Below, in pieces: positions 40,331 through 51,540 of a DNA stretch of 64,000 bases (position 1 is the stretch's first letter; each line of letters opens with the position of its first letter). The DNA is taken from assembly GCF_003334765.1 (NCBI RefSeq), contig NZ_QOWT01000010.1. One strand, given 5' to 3'. A program made the position numbers and the translations under genes. This DNA is from Escherichia coli (GTDB lineage Bacteria; Pseudomonadota; Gammaproteobacteria; Enterobacterales; Enterobacteriaceae). The notes below the pieces were generated by a model. The model ran no database searches. It saw nothing but the letters and a program-made list of their open reading frames with translations, and was not told the DNA's origin.

Positions 40331-41081
40331 GTTTGAAGATATTCGCGGCGTCGCTTTTGATCTTGATGGTACGCTGGTCGACAGTGCTCCTGGTCTTGCT
40401 GCTGCGGTAGATATGGCGCTGTATGCGCTGGAGTTGCCCGTCGCAGGTGAAGAACGCGTTATTACCTGGATTGGTAACGGCGCAGATGTTCTGATGGAGC
40501 GCGCATTGACCTGGGCGCGTCAGGAACGTGCGACTCAGCGTAAAACAATGGGTAAACCGCCCGTTGATGACGACATTCCGGCAGAAGAACAGGTACGTAT
40601 TCTGCGTAAACTGTTCGATCGCTACTATGGCGAGGTTGCCGAAGAGGGGACGTTTTTGTTCCCGCACGTTGCCGATACGTTGGGCGCGTTGCAGGCTAAA
40701 GGCCTGCCGCTAGGCCTGGTCACCAACAAACCGACGCCGTTCGTCGCGCCGCTGCTCGAAGCCTTAGATATCGCCAAATACTTCAGCGTGGTGATTGGTG
40801 GTGATGATGTGCAAAACAAAAAACCGCATCCGGACCCGCTGTTACTGGTGGCTGAGCGGATGGGAATTGCCCCACAACAGATGCTGTTTGTCGGCGACTC
40901 ACGCAATGATATTCAGGCGGCAAAAGCGGCAGGTTGCCCATCAGTTGGCTTAACCTACGGATATAACTACGGCGAGGCTATCGATCTCAGCCAGCCTGAT
41001 GTAATTTATCAGTCTATAAATGACCTTCTGCCCGCATTAGGGCTTCCGCATAGCGAAAATCAGGAATCGAAAAATGACTAA
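40323..41081 (+). CDS. gph: Phosphoglycolate phosphatase (HAD family)
   Basis: 252-aa [33 protein letters not shown]; HAD motif DLDGT; 8-nt overlap with rpe. Confidence 0.93.
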
Positions 41082-42078
41082 GCCCATCGTTTTTAGTGGC
41101 GCACAGCCCTCAGGTGAATTGACCATTGGTAACTACATGGGTGCGCTGCGTCAGTGGGTAAACATGCAGGATGACTACCATTGCATTTACTGTATCGTTG
41201 ACCAACACGCGATCACCGTGCGCCAGGATGCACAGAAGCTGCGTAAAGCGACGCTGGATACGCTGGCCTTGTATCTGGCTTGTGGTATCGATCCTGAGAA
41301 AAGCACCATTTTTGTTCAGTCCCACGTGCCGGAACATGCACAGTTAGGCTGGGCACTGAACTGCTATACCTACTTCGGCGAACTGAGTCGCATGACGCAG
41401 TTTAAAGATAAATCTGCGCGTTATGCCGAGAACATCAACGCTGGTCTGTTTGACTATCCGGTGCTGATGGCAGCGGACATCCTGCTGTATCAAACTAATC
41501 TGGTACCGGTGGGTGAAGACCAGAAACAGCACCTCGAACTGAGCCGCGATATTGCCCAGCGTTTCAACGCGCTGTATGGCGAGATCTTTAAGGTGCCGGA
41601 GCCGTTTATTCCGAAATCTGGCGCGCGCGTAATGTCGCTGCTGGAGCCGACCAAGAAGATGTCCAAGTCTGACGATAATCGCAATAACGTTATCGGCCTG
41701 CTGGAAGATCCGAAATCGGTAGTGAAGAAAATCAAACGTGCGGTCACTGACTCCGACGAGCCGCCGGTAGTTCGCTACGATGTGCAGAACAAAGCGGGCG
41801 TTTCCAACCTGTTGGATATCCTTTCAGCGGTAACGGGCCAGAGCATCCCAGAACTGGAAAAACAGTTCGAAGGCAAGATGTATGGTCATCTGAAAGGTGA
41901 AGTGGCTGATGCCGTTTCCGGTATGCTGACTGAATTGCAGGAACGCTATCACCGTTTCCGCAACGATGAAGCCTTCCTGCAACAGGTGATGAAAGATGGC
42001 GCGGAAAAAGCCAGCGCGCACGCTTCCCGTACGCTAAAAGCGGTGTACGAAGCGATTGGTTTTGTGGCGAAGCCGTAA
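41074..42078 (+). CDS. trpS: Tryptophan--tRNA ligase
   Basis: 334-aa [28 protein letters not shown]; class I KMSKS motif (KKMSKSDD); 8-nt overlap with gph. Confidence 0.96.
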   Translation: MTKPIVFSGAQPSGELTIGNYMGALRQWVNMQDDYHCIYCIVDQHAITVRQDAQKLRKATLDTLALYLACGIDPEKSTIFVQSHVPEHAQLGWALNCYTYFGELSRMTQFKDKSARYAENINAGLFDYPVLMAADILLYQTNLVPVGEDQKQHLELSRDIAQRFNALYGEIFKVPEPFIPKSGARVMSLLEPTKKMSKSDDNRNNVIGLLEDPKSVVKKIKRAVTDSDEPPVVRYDVQNKAGVSNLLDILSAVTGQSIPELEKQFEGKMYGHLKGEVADAVSGMLTELQERYHRFRNDEAFLQQVMKDGAEKASAHASRTLKAVYEAIGFVAKP

Positions 42079-42111
42079 TTCACTATTGCTGGCAAATTGC
42101 GCTTTGTTCAT

Positions 42112-42200
42112 GCCGGATGCGGCGTGAACGCCTTATCCGGCCTACAAAGTAATGCACATATTGCAAGGAAATGTAGGCCTGATAAGCGTAGCGCATCAGG
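42112..42200. repeat. BIME: two REP units in inverted orientation
   Basis: gccggatgcggcgtgaacgccttatccggcctac ... gtaggcctgataagcgtagcgcatcaggc downstream of trpS. Confidence 0.8.
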
Positions 42201-42225
42201 CAATTTTGCTTTTATCATCACTCTG

Positions 42226-42250
42226 AAACCGGGGAAACCCGGTTTTTTTA
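42226..42250 (+). terminator. Rho-independent terminator ending the aroK...trpS transcription unit
   Basis: accggg-gaaa-cccggt followed by ttttttt. Confidence 0.75.
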
Positions 42251-42367
42251 TCCTCATTTGCAATAATCCGAAAAAATGTGAAGTGCCTCGCCGTTTCCAC
42301 ATCTCGCTGTTGCGCCTTATCTTCAAATTCCTGAAGATATAAATATTCAATTTACTGAAAATTTATT

Positions 42368-43273
42368 ATGCGTCGAACGTTTATCAAAAAAGAAGGCGTC
42401 GTCATCACGACGCTGGCCCGTTATTTGTTGGGTGAAAAGTGCGGTAATCGATTGAAAACCATAGATGAGCTGGCAAATGAATGCCGTTCATCCGTTGGCC
42501 TGACGCAGGCCGCGTTGAAAACGCTGGAATCAAGCGGAGCGATACGGATTGAACGCCGTGGGCGCAATGGCAGTTATCTGGTCGAGATGGATAACAAAGC
42601 ATTGCTGACTCATGTGGATATCAACAACGTGGTATGTGCAATGCCCTTGCCCTATACCCGTTTGTACGAAGGCCTGGCGAGCGGATTGAAAGCCCAGTTT
42701 GATGGCATTCCTTTTTACTATGCGCACATGCGTGGCGCGGATATTCGCGTGGAGTGTCTGCTTAATGGCGTGTATGACATGGCGGTGGTTTCGCGACTAG
42801 CGGCGGAAAGTTATCTCACGCAAAAAGGCTTATGCCTCGCGCTGGAGTTGGGGCCGCACACCTACGTTGGCGAGCACCAGTTGATTTGCCGTAAAGGCGA
42901 GTCCGCAAACGTGAAGCGCGTGGGGCTGGATAACCGTTCGGCGGATCAGAAAATCATGACCGATGTTTTTTTTGGCGGTAGTGATGTGGAACGAGTCGAT
43001 CTCTCTTATCACGAGAGTTTACAACGCATTGTTAAAGGCGATGTCGATGCGGTGATCTGGAACGTGGTGGCGGAAAACGAACTGACCATGCTGGGATTAG
43101 AGGCGACGCCGCTCACAGACGATCCGCGATTTTTACAGGCCACCGAAGCCGTGGTCCTGACGCGAGTCGATGATTACCCAATGCAACAACTGCTGCGTGC
43201 CGTTGTAGATAAACACGCCCTGCTCGCCCATCAACAACGGGTAGTGAGTGGGGAACAGGAACCGAGTTATTAA
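42368..43273 (+). CDS. yhfZ: YhfZ, putative DNA-binding transcriptional regulator
   Basis: 301-aa ORF MRRTFIKKEGVVITTLARYLLGEKCGNRLKTIDELANECRSSVGLTQ; N-terminal HTH-like segment. Confidence 0.83.
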   Translation: MRRTFIKKEGVVITTLARYLLGEKCGNRLKTIDELANECRSSVGLTQAALKTLESSGAIRIERRGRNGSYLVEMDNKALLTHVDINNVVCAMPLPYTRLYEGLASGLKAQFDGIPFYYAHMRGADIRVECLLNGVYDMAVVSRLAAESYLTQKGLCLALELGPHTYVGEHQLICRKGESANVKRVGLDNRSADQKIMTDVFFGGSDVERVDLSYHESLQRIVKGDVDAVIWNVVAENELTMLGLEATPLTDDPRFLQATEAVVLTRVDDYPMQQLLRAVVDKHALLAHQQRVVSGEQEPSY

Positions 43274-43289
43274 ACGAAAGGCATCTGAT

Positions 43290-43652
43290 ATGGAAACCAG
43301 ACTCAACCTGCTTTGCGAGGCAGGCGTTATTGATAAGGACATCTGCAAAGGCATGATGCAGGTCGTCAACGTACTGGAAACAGAGTGCCATCTGCCGGTG
43401 CGCAGTGAGCAAGGAACGATGGCGATGACACATATGGCGAGTGCACTGATGCGCAGTCGCCGTGGTGAAGAAATAGAGCCGCTGGATAACGAGTTGCTGG
43501 CAGAACTGGCGCAATCCAGCCACTGGCAAGCCGTTGTGCAATTGCATCAGGTGTTGTTGAAGGAATTCGCACTGGAAGTTAACCCGTGTGAAGAAGGCTA
43601 TTTGCTGGCCAACCTTTATGGATTATGGATGGCTGCTAACGAAGAGGTTTGA
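43290..43652 (+). CDS. yhfY: YhfY, small PRD-like protein
   Basis: 120 aa from internal ATG at 43290 (METRLNLLCEAGVIDKDICKGMMQ); ORF track has a 14-codon extension overlapping yhfZ. Confidence 0.78.
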   Translation: METRLNLLCEAGVIDKDICKGMMQVVNVLETECHLPVRSEQGTMAMTHMASALMRSRRGEEIEPLDNELLAELAQSSHWQAVVQLHQVLLKEFALEVNPCEEGYLLANLYGLWMAANEEV

Positions 43653-43730
43653 AGCTCCCGACAAATCCACGTCGCACAACCTAAATATTCAAAAAAATGA
43701 ATATTTAAGGAACAGAAACGAGGCAACAAG

Positions 43731-44894
43731 ATGTTTGTAGAAGCATTGAAACGCCAGAACCCGGCGCTGATTTCCGCCGCACTAAGCCTGTGGCAGCAGG
43801 GCAAGATCGCCCCGGACAGCTGGGTGATCGACGTGGATCAGATACTGGAAAACGGTAAGCGGCTGATTGAGACGGCGCGGCTTTACGGCATTGAACTGTA
43901 TCTGATGACCAAGCAGTTTGGTCGTAATCCGTGGCTGGCGGAAAAATTGCTGGCATTAGGCTACAGCGGCATTGTGGCGGTGGATTACAAAGAGGCGCGA
44001 GTCATGCGCCGCGCTGGTTTGCCTGTGGCGCATCAGGGGCATCTGGTACAAATCCCTTGTCATCAGGTTGCTGACGCCGTTGAACAGGGCACCGACGTCA
44101 TCACCGTGTTTACTCTCGACAAAGCGCGGGAAGTTTCTGCGGCGGCGGTGAAGGCCGGGCGAATCCAGTCTGTGCTGCTTAAAGTTTATAGCGACGATGA
44201 TTTTCTTTATCCGGGCCAGGAGAGCGGTTTTGCCCTCAAGGTGTTGCCGGAGATTGTCGCCGAAATCCAGAATCTGCCAGGGCTGCATTTAGCCGGACTT
44301 ACCCATTTCCCTTGCCTGCTTTGGGATGAGGCTGTCGGAAAAGTTTTGCCGACACCGAATCTTCACACGCTGATACAGGCACGGGATCAACTGGCGAAAT
44401 CTGGTATTGCACTTGAGCAACTGAACGCGCCTTCAGCGACCAGCTGCACTTCGCTGCCATTACTGGCGCAATACGGTGTGACTCATGCCGAACCCGGTCA
44501 TGCGCTGACGGGCACTATTCCGGCAAACCAGCAGGGCGATCAGCCTGAACGTATCGCGATGCTCTGGTTAAGTGAAATCTCCCATCATTTCCGTGGCGAC
44601 AGCTACTGCTACGGCGGCGGTTACTATCGTCGTGGTCATGCGCAACATGCGTTGGTGTTTACGCCAGAAAATCAAAAGATTACTGAAACCAATCTCAAAA
44701 CTGTGGATGACAGCAGTATCGACTACACCCTGCCGCTGGCAGGCGAGTTTCCGGTAAGCAGTGCAGTGGTGCTCTGTTTTCGCACGCAGATTTTTGTCAC
44801 CCGTAGCGATGTGGTGCTGGTGTCCGGTATTCATCGTGGCGAACCGGAAATCGTCGGTCGTTATGACAGTCTTGGAAACTCTCTGGGGGCGTAA
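43731..44894 (+). CDS. yhfX: YhfX, putative PLP-dependent racemase-like (alanine racemase fold) protein
   Basis: 387-aa [46 protein letters not shown]. Confidence 0.83.
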   Translation: MFVEALKRQNPALISAALSLWQQGKIAPDSWVIDVDQILENGKRLIETARLYGIELYLMTKQFGRNPWLAEKLLALGYSGIVAVDYKEARVMRRAGLPVAHQGHLVQIPCHQVADAVEQGTDVITVFTLDKAREVSAAAVKAGRIQSVLLKVYSDDDFLYPGQESGFALKVLPEIVAEIQNLPGLHLAGLTHFPCLLWDEAVGKVLPTPNLHTLIQARDQLAKSGIALEQLNAPSATSCTSLPLLAQYGVTHAEPGHALTGTIPANQQGDQPERIAMLWLSEISHHFRGDSYCYGGGYYRRGHAQHALVFTPENQKITETNLKTVDDSSIDYTLPLAGEFPVSSAVVLCFRTQIFVTRSDVVLVSGIHRGEPEIVGRYDSLGNSLGA

Positions 44895-46120
44895 TGGCGC
44901 GATTTGTGGTGTTAGTGATTGATAGCTTTGGCGTAGGGGCAATGAAAGATGTCACGCTGGTGCGTCCGCAAGATGCGGGAGCGAATACATGTGGTCACAT
45001 CCTGAGCCAGTTGCCGCATTTGCAGCTACCAACGCTGGAGAAGCTGGGGCTAATCAACGCATTGGGTTATGCGCCAGGCGATATGCAGCCGTCAGATTCC
45101 GCAACCTGGGGCGTGGCAGAGCTGCAACATGAAGGTGGCGATACCTTTATGGGGCATCAGGAAATTTTAGGCACGCGCCCGTTACCGCCGCTGCGGATGC
45201 CTTTTCGCGATGTGATTGACCGTGTTGAGCAGGCATTAGTTTCCGCTGGCTGGCAGGTGGAGCGCCGTGGCGATGATCTGCAATTTCTGTGGGTCAATCA
45301 GGCGGTTGCGATTGGCGATAATCTCGAGGCGGATTTAGGCCAGGTCTATAACATTACCGCCAATCTCTCTGTGATCTCTTTTGACGACGCAATCAAAATT
45401 GGTCGTATCGTGCGTGAGCAGGTACAGGTCGGTCGGGTCATTACATTTGGTGGCCTGTTAACCGACAGTCAACGCATTCTCGATGCCGCAGAAAGCAAAG
45501 AAGGGCGCTTTATTGGTATCAATGCGCCGCGTTCTGGCGCTTATGACAACGGTTTCCAAGTCGTGCATATGGGCTATGGCGTCGATGAAAAAGTGCAGGT
45601 GCCACAAAAACTGTATGAAGCAGGCGTGCCAACCGTGCTGGTGGGTAAGGTGGCAGATATCGTCAACAATCCTTATGGCGTGAGCTGGCAAAATCTGGTG
45701 GATAGCCAGCGGATTATGGATATCACCCTCAACGAATTTAACACCCATCCGACGGCGTTTATTTGCACCAACATTCAGGAAACCGACCTCGCTGGTCATG
45801 CAGAAGACGTCGCACGTTATGCCGAACGTTTGCAGGTCGTTGACCGTAACCTTGCCCGGCTTGTTGAGGCGATGCAGCCAGATGATTGCCTGGTCGTGAT
45901 GGCGGATCACGGCAACGATCCGACCATTGGTCACAGCCACCATACCCGCGAAGTGGTGCCAGTGCTGGTTTATCAGCAAGGGATGATCGCTACGCAGCTC
46001 GGTGTGCGCACCACGCTTTCTGATGTGGGGGCTACCGTGTGTGAATTTTTCCGCGCGCCACCGCCACAAAATGGTCGCTCTTTTCTTTCCTCCCTCCGGT
46101 TTGCAGGAGACACCCTATGA
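44894..46120 (+). CDS. yhfW: YhfW, putative phosphopentomutase-like metalloenzyme
   Basis: 408-aa [23 protein letters not shown]; start overlaps yhfX stop; C-terminal ADHGNDPT motif typical of the alkaline-phosphatase-like mutase superfamily. Confidence 0.83.
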   Translation: MARFVVLVIDSFGVGAMKDVTLVRPQDAGANTCGHILSQLPHLQLPTLEKLGLINALGYAPGDMQPSDSATWGVAELQHEGGDTFMGHQEILGTRPLPPLRMPFRDVIDRVEQALVSAGWQVERRGDDLQFLWVNQAVAIGDNLEADLGQVYNITANLSVISFDDAIKIGRIVREQVQVGRVITFGGLLTDSQRILDAAESKEGRFIGINAPRSGAYDNGFQVVHMGYGVDEKVQVPQKLYEAGVPTVLVGKVADIVNNPYGVSWQNLVDSQRIMDITLNEFNTHPTAFICTNIQETDLAGHAEDVARYAERLQVVDRNLARLVEAMQPDDCLVVMADHGNDPTIGHSHHTREVVPVLVYQQGMIATQLGVRTTLSDVGATVCEFFRAPPPQNGRSFLSSLRFAGDTL

Positions 46121-46995
46121 GTTTTGATCCGACGGGTTACACCCTCGCCCATGAGCATCTGCATATTGATCTCTCCGGCTTTAAAAACAACGTGGACTGC
46201 CGCCTTGATCAGTATGCGTTCATTTGCCAGGAGATGAACGACCTGATGACCCGGGGCGTGCGTAATGTGATTGAGATGACCAACCGTTACATGGGGCGCA
46301 ATGCGCAATTTATGCTTGATGTAATGCGCGAGACGGGGATCAACGTGGTGGCCTGTACCGGTTATTACCAGGACGCGTTTTTCCCGGAACATGTGGCGAC
46401 CCGCAGCGTGCAGGAACTGGCGCAGGAGATGGTCGATGAAATTGAACAGGGTATCGATGGCACGGAGCTGAAAGCCGGGATCATCGCGGAGATCGGCACC
46501 AGCGAAGGAAAGATTACGCCGCTGGAAGAGAAGGTATTTATTGCCGCTGCGCTGGCGCATAACCAGACCGGACGCCCGATCTCCACGCATACGTCGTTCA
46601 GCACGATGGGGCTGGAGCAACTGGCGTTGCTACAAGCCCACGGGGTTGATCTTTCGCGCGTCACCGTTGGTCACTGCGATCTGAAAGACAACCTCGACAA
46701 CATTTTGAAGATGATCGATCTCGGCGCGTACGTGCAGTTCGACACCATCGGCAAGAACAGTTACTACCCGGACGAAAAGCGTATTGCGATGCTTCATGCG
46801 CTACGCGACCGTGGGTTGCTGAACCGCGTCATGCTGTCGATGGATATTACGCGCCGCTCCCATTTAAAAGCCAACGGTGGTTATGGCTATGACTATTTAC
46901 TAACCACCTTTATTCCGCAATTGCGCCAGTCAGGATTCAGTCAGGCCGATGTGGATGTGATGTTACGTGAAAATCCCTCTCAATTTTTCCAATAA
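46117..46995 (+). CDS. php: Phosphotriesterase homology protein (amidohydrolase superfamily)
   Basis: 292-aa [25 protein letters not shown] (HxH metal-binding motif); 4-nt overlap with yhfW. Confidence 0.9.
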
Positions 46996-47005
46996 GGACA
47001 GACTC

Positions 47006-47359
47006 ATGAAAAAGATTGGCGTTGCAGGCTTACAGCGTGAGCAGATTAAAAAAACTATTGAAGCGACGGCTCCTGGCTGTTTTGAAGTTTTCATTCACAA
47101 CGACATGGAAGCGGCAATGAAGGTGAAATCCGGGCAACTGGATTATTACATCGGCGCGTGTAATACCGGTGCGGGCGCGGCATTGTCGATTGCCATCGCG
47201 GTGATAGGCTATAACAAAAGTTGCACCATTGCCAAACCAGGCATTAAAGCGAAAGACGAGCATATCGCCAAAATGATCGCTGAAGGAAAAGTGGCGTTTG
47301 GCCTTTCCGTTGAGCACGTCGAACACGCGATTCCGATGCTGATTAACCATCTGAAATAA
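47006..47359 (+). CDS. yhfU: YhfU, DUF2620-family protein
   Basis: 117 aa from internal ATG at 47006 (MKKIGVAGLQREQIKKTIEATAPG); ORF track extension overlaps the php 3' end. Confidence 0.78.
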   Translation: MKKIGVAGLQREQIKKTIEATAPGCFEVFIHNDMEAAMKVKSGQLDYYIGACNTGAGAALSIAIAVIGYNKSCTIAKPGIKAKDEHIAKMIAEGKVAFGLSVEHVEHAIPMLINHLK

Positions 47360-47370
47360 AAGGCACGACT

Positions 47371-48675
47371 ATGGATCTGTATATTCAGATTATCGTGGTG
47401 GCGTGCCTGACGGGTATGACATCGCTTCTGGCGCATCGCTCGGCGGCTGTTTTTCATGACGGCATCCGCCCGATCCTGCCGCAACTGATTGAAGGCTATA
47501 TGAACCGTCGCGAGGCGGGGAGTATCGCTTTTGGTCTGAGCATTGGTTTTGTGGCCTCGGTGGGGATCTCTTTTACCCTGAAAACCGGGCTGCTCAACGC
47601 ATGGTTACTCTTTCTTCCTACCGATATCCTCGGCGTCCTGGCGATAAACAGCCTGATGGCGTTTGGTCTTGGCGCTATCTGGGGCGTGTTGATCCTTACT
47701 TGCCTGTTGCCAGTAAACCAGCTGCTGACCGCGCTGCCGGTGGATGTATTAGGTAGCCTGGGGGAATTAAGCTCGCCGGTGGTTTCAGCTTTTGCACTGT
47801 TCCCGCTGGTGGCGATTTTCTACCAGTTTGGCTGGAAGCAAAGTCTGATCGCCGCCGTGGTGGTACTGATGACCCGTGTGGTAGTCGTGCGCTATTTCCC
47901 ACATCTTAACCCTGAATCCATCGAAATCTTTATTGGCATGGTGATGCTGCTGGGGATCGCGATAACTCACGACCTGCGTCATCGTGATGAAAATGACATT
48001 GATGCCAGCGGGCTTTCGGTGTTTGAAGAACGCACGTCACGGATTATCAAAAACTTACCCTATATCGCCATCGTGGGAGCATTGATTGCCGCCGTTGCCA
48101 GCATGAAGATTTTTGCTGGCAGTGAAGTGTCGATCTTCACACTGGAGAAAGCATATTCCGCAGGCGTAACGCCGGAACAATCGCAAACGCTGATTAATCA
48201 GGCGGCTCTGGCAGAATTTATGCGCGGACTGGGGTTTGTGCCGTTGATTGCCACCACCGCGTTAGCAACGGGTGTGTATGCAGTTGCGGGCTTTACCTTT
48301 GTTTATGCGGTGGGCTATCTCTCGCCGAATCCGATGGTTGCAGCGGTATTAGGCGCAGTGGTTATTTCGGCGGAAGTCTTGCTGCTTCGTTCGATCGGCA
48401 AATGGCTGGGACGCTACCCGTCGGTGCGTAATGCGTCGGATAACATCCGTAACGCCATGAATATGCTGATGGAAGTGGCGCTGCTGGTCGGTTCGATTTT
48501 CGCAGCAATTAAGATGGCGGGTTATACCGGATTCTCTATCGCGGTTGCCATTTACTTCCTCAACGAATCCCTGGGCCGTCCGGTACAGAAAATGGCGGCA
48601 CCGGTCGTGGCAGTAATGATCACCGGTATTCTGCTGAATGTTCTTTACTGGCTTGGCCTGTTCGTTCCGGCTTAA
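47371..48675 (+). CDS. yhfT: YhfT, polytopic inner membrane protein (putative transporter)
   Basis: 434-aa ORF MDLYIQIIVVACLTGMTSLLAH; strongly hydrophobic throughout. Confidence 0.85.
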   Translation: MDLYIQIIVVACLTGMTSLLAHRSAAVFHDGIRPILPQLIEGYMNRREAGSIAFGLSIGFVASVGISFTLKTGLLNAWLLFLPTDILGVLAINSLMAFGLGAIWGVLILTCLLPVNQLLTALPVDVLGSLGELSSPVVSAFALFPLVAIFYQFGWKQSLIAAVVVLMTRVVVVRYFPHLNPESIEIFIGMVMLLGIAITHDLRHRDENDIDASGLSVFEERTSRIIKNLPYIAIVGALIAAVASMKIFAGSEVSIFTLEKAYSAGVTPEQSQTLINQAALAEFMRGLGFVPLIATTALATGVYAVAGFTFVYAVGYLSPNPMVAAVLGAVVISAEVLLLRSIGKWLGRYPSVRNASDNIRNAMNMLMEVALLVGSIFAAIKMAGYTGFSIAVAIYFLNESLGRPVQKMAAPVVAVMITGILLNVLYWLGLFVPA

Positions 48676-48686
48676 GGAAGGCACCT

Positions 48687-49772
48687 ATGAAGACGTTTCC
48701 TCTGCAAAGCCTGACGATTATTGAGGCGCAGCAAAAGCAGTTTGCGCTGGTGGATAGCATTTGTCGCCATTTCCCCGGCAGCGAGTTTCTTACTGGCGGT
48801 GATTTAGGCTTAACGCCAGGACTGAATCAACCGCGCGTTACCCAGCGTGTGGAACAGGTGCTGGCTGATGCATTTCACGCACAGGCTGCGGCGCTGGTGC
48901 AGGGCGCGGGGACTGGCGCGATTCGCGCCGGGCTGGCGGCTTTGCTCAAACCGGGGCAGCGTCTTCTGGTGCATGACGCGCCTGTTTACCCGACGACACG
49001 GGTTATTATTGAGCAGATGGGGCTGACGCTTATTACTGTTGATTTCAATGACCTGTCGGCACTGAAGCAGGTCGTCGACGAGCAACAACCGGATGCGGCG
49101 CTGGTGCAGCATACGCGCCAGCAGCCGCAGGACAGCTACGTGCTGGCAGATGTGCTGGCAACGTTGCGCGCGGCAGGTGTTCCAGCGTTAACCGATGACA
49201 ACTATGCGGTGATGAAGGTGGCTCGAATCGGCTGTGAATGCGGCGCGAATGTCTCGACATTTTCCTGCTTCAAGCTATTTGGGCCAGAGGGTGTTGGTGC
49301 AGTGGTCGGCGATGCTGATGTTATCAACCGTATTCGCGCCACGCTTTACTCCGGCGGTAGCCAGATCCAGGGCGCACAGGCGCTGGAAGTATTGCGTGGT
49401 CTGGTGTTTGCGCCAGTGATGCACGCGGTGCAGGCAGGGGTATCTGAACGGTTGCTGGCTTTGCTTAACGGTGGTGCGGTGCCGGAAGTGAAAAGCGCGG
49501 TGATTGCTAATGCGCAGTCGAAGGTGTTGATTGTCGAGTTTCATCAGCCGATTGCCGCCAGAGTGCTGGAAGAGGCGCAAAAGCGCGGTGCCTTGCCTTA
49601 CCCGGTGGGTGCAGAGTCGAAATATGAAATCCCGCCGCTCTTTTATCGCCTTTCCGGAACGTTTCGCCAGGCGAATCCACAATCAGAACATTGTGCGATT
49701 CGCATTAACCCGAATCGCAGCGGTGAAGAGACGGTGCTGCGGATTTTGCGTGAGAGTATTGCCAGTATTTAA
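48687..49772 (+). CDS. yhfS: YhfS, putative PLP-dependent enzyme (aminotransferase-like fold)
   Basis: 361-aa ORF MKTFPLQSLTIIEAQQKQFALVDSICRHFPGSEFLTGG. Confidence 0.83.
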   Translation: MKTFPLQSLTIIEAQQKQFALVDSICRHFPGSEFLTGGDLGLTPGLNQPRVTQRVEQVLADAFHAQAAALVQGAGTGAIRAGLAALLKPGQRLLVHDAPVYPTTRVIIEQMGLTLITVDFNDLSALKQVVDEQQPDAALVQHTRQQPQDSYVLADVLATLRAAGVPALTDDNYAVMKVARIGCECGANVSTFSCFKLFGPEGVGAVVGDADVINRIRATLYSGGSQIQGAQALEVLRGLVFAPVMHAVQAGVSERLLALLNGGAVPEVKSAVIANAQSKVLIVEFHQPIAARVLEEAQKRGALPYPVGAESKYEIPPLFYRLSGTFRQANPQSEHCAIRINPNRSGEETVLRILRESIASI

Positions 49773-49807
49773 TGCTGGATAGCACCGTCAAGCTAAATTC
49801 CGTACTG

Positions 49808-49860
49808 AACGGTCCCCTCGCCCCTTTGGGGAGAGGGTTAGGGTGAGGGGAACGTACGGG
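49808..49860. repeat. GC-rich imperfect palindrome (REP-related intergenic repeat, family uncertain)
   Basis: ccgtactgaacggtcccctcgcccctttggggagagggttagggtgaggggaacgtacgg; outer arms ccgtac/gtacgg and inner C-rich/G-rich arms. Confidence 0.55.
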
Positions 49861-49885
49861 ATGTAAAATTCAACGCGCCAGCATC

Positions 49886-49922
49886 GCCGGATGCGATGCT
49901 GGCGCATCTTATCCGGCCTACG
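49886..49922. repeat. REP palindromic unit
   Basis: gccggatgcgatgctggcgcatcttatccggcctacg immediately downstream of frlR. Confidence 0.75.
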
Positions 49923-49923
49923 G

Positions 49924-50655
49924 TTAATGTCTTTTATTATCAATAGTTAAGGTGATGCGATTGGCGCGGCAGAAGAGTTCGGAGACGTGCACCGGTTTGT
50001 CATTCTGATCAAAGGCGATTTTGCTGATGCGAAACAACGGTTCGCCCAGTTCGCATTTCAGCCATTTTGCCTGCGGGCGGGTGGCGGCAAAGATATCGAT
50101 GGTCTTTTTGTCGCTGACCACTCGCGTGTCAAAACGCTCCTGAAATAACTGATAGGTGGAGCTTCCTTCGACGTAAATCTCATCAAAGTCAGGATAACGC
50201 GACAGCGGGATCCATGAACTATCAATAAACAGCGGCTCTTGATCGAGATACATCACCCGGCAGAGATGGAACACTTCGCTGTTTCCGGGGATGTTCAGCT
50301 TTTCGCAAAACGGCGCGGCGCTGACCCGTTCCTGTTCGATCACTTTCTCTTTCGTCGCCTTGCCTTGTGAGACGCCAAAATCGGTAAAACCACTGACAGT
50401 AAGCAGGGCGTTTTCAACTTTCTGGCTTTGTACAAAGGTGCCTTTTCCCTGCCAGCGGATCAGTACGCCGTCTGCCACTAAGTCGCTGATGGCTTTGCGA
50501 ATGGTAATGCGGCTGACGTTATATTGTGTACAAAGCTCGTTTTCGGTAGGGATCTGTTGCCCGGCCTGGTAAACCCCCTGCGCGATATCATCCAGCAGTC
50601 GCTGGCGGACGGTAGCGTAGAGGAGTTGATGAGAGTAGCGGTCCGTAGCTGACAT
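49924..50655 (-). CDS. frlR: FrlR, GntR-family repressor of the fructoselysine operon
   Basis: 243 aa from internal ATG at 50655 (MSATDRYSHQLLYATVRQRLLDDIAQGVYQ); HTH NVSRITIRKAISDL; ORF track has a 22-codon extension. Confidence 0.87.
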   Translation of the reverse strand: MSATDRYSHQLLYATVRQRLLDDIAQGVYQAGQQIPTENELCTQYNVSRITIRKAISDLVADGVLIRWQGKGTFVQSQKVENALLTVSGFTDFGVSQGKATKEKVIEQERVSAAPFCEKLNIPGNSEVFHLCRVMYLDQEPLFIDSSWIPLSRYPDFDEIYVEGSSTYQLFQERFDTRVVSDKKTIDIFAATRPQAKWLKCELGEPLFRISKIAFDQNDKPVHVSELFCRANRITLTIDNKRH

Positions 50656-50754
50656 AATCGACCCTGAAATAAAGAATGAATTACTCGGATTATAGGGTCG
50701 TTTTCCGGCAAGTAACAGCACGTTGGCGTGAAGATGCTCACGCCAACGTTATAC

Positions 50755-51540
50755 CTACCAGGCACCGTGGTACTGAATGGTTTTCGCCGCGCACGCCGTT
50801 CCCTGCGCTATCGCCTGCGGTAATGTCATCCCCGCAGACCAGCCGCAAAGGAATCCGGCAATGAACGAATCTCCGGCACCCATGGTGTCGATAACCGTCA
50901 CCGGTTCAGGAGCCTGACGCCAGAACTGCGCGCCATCCCAGGCAATGCTGCCGTTTTCACCCAGCGTGACAATCACTGTTCCTGCGCCACGGGCAACAAT
51001 CGCTTTCATCTTCAGACGCAGCGTTTCGTCTTCTTGCGGTGCGGAGGCAAAGGCAAAATCGAGATGCGGCACCAGTGTCTGCCAGAGCGGGCTGTCCCAC
51101 TTGTCGGAGAAGTCGAAAGCGGTAAGTTTGCCCGCAGCGTGCAGCTGTGGGAATGCGTCTTCCGCATGTCCCCAGATTGCCGCGTGCACAATGTCATACT
51201 GCGCCAGCCAGGCGTAATCCTCTTCACTCAGGGCAAAGTCGGCCATCACGCCTTCGGTGTAGTCGCCAAAAACGCGATCATTGTCGTGCAGTTCCACCTG
51301 AGTTTGTGCGGTAACGCCGTGTTTCGTATGGACATGGCTGATATCGACGCCCATGCGGGCGAGATCCTGCTTCAGCTTTGTGCCGTAGTCATCGTCACCC
51401 ACCCAGGTAATGCATCCCGGCTGTATGCCGTAGCGAGTGCAGTACACCGCCACATTGACCGCATTACCGCCAGAAAACGCTTTATTCAGTTGCGGGTAGA
51501 TATCGACGCAGTTATCGCCGATTGTCGCCAGGGTTTTCAT
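50755..51540 (-). CDS. frlD: Fructoselysine 6-kinase
   Basis: 261-aa [32 protein letters not shown]; PfkB-family motifs. Confidence 0.9.
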
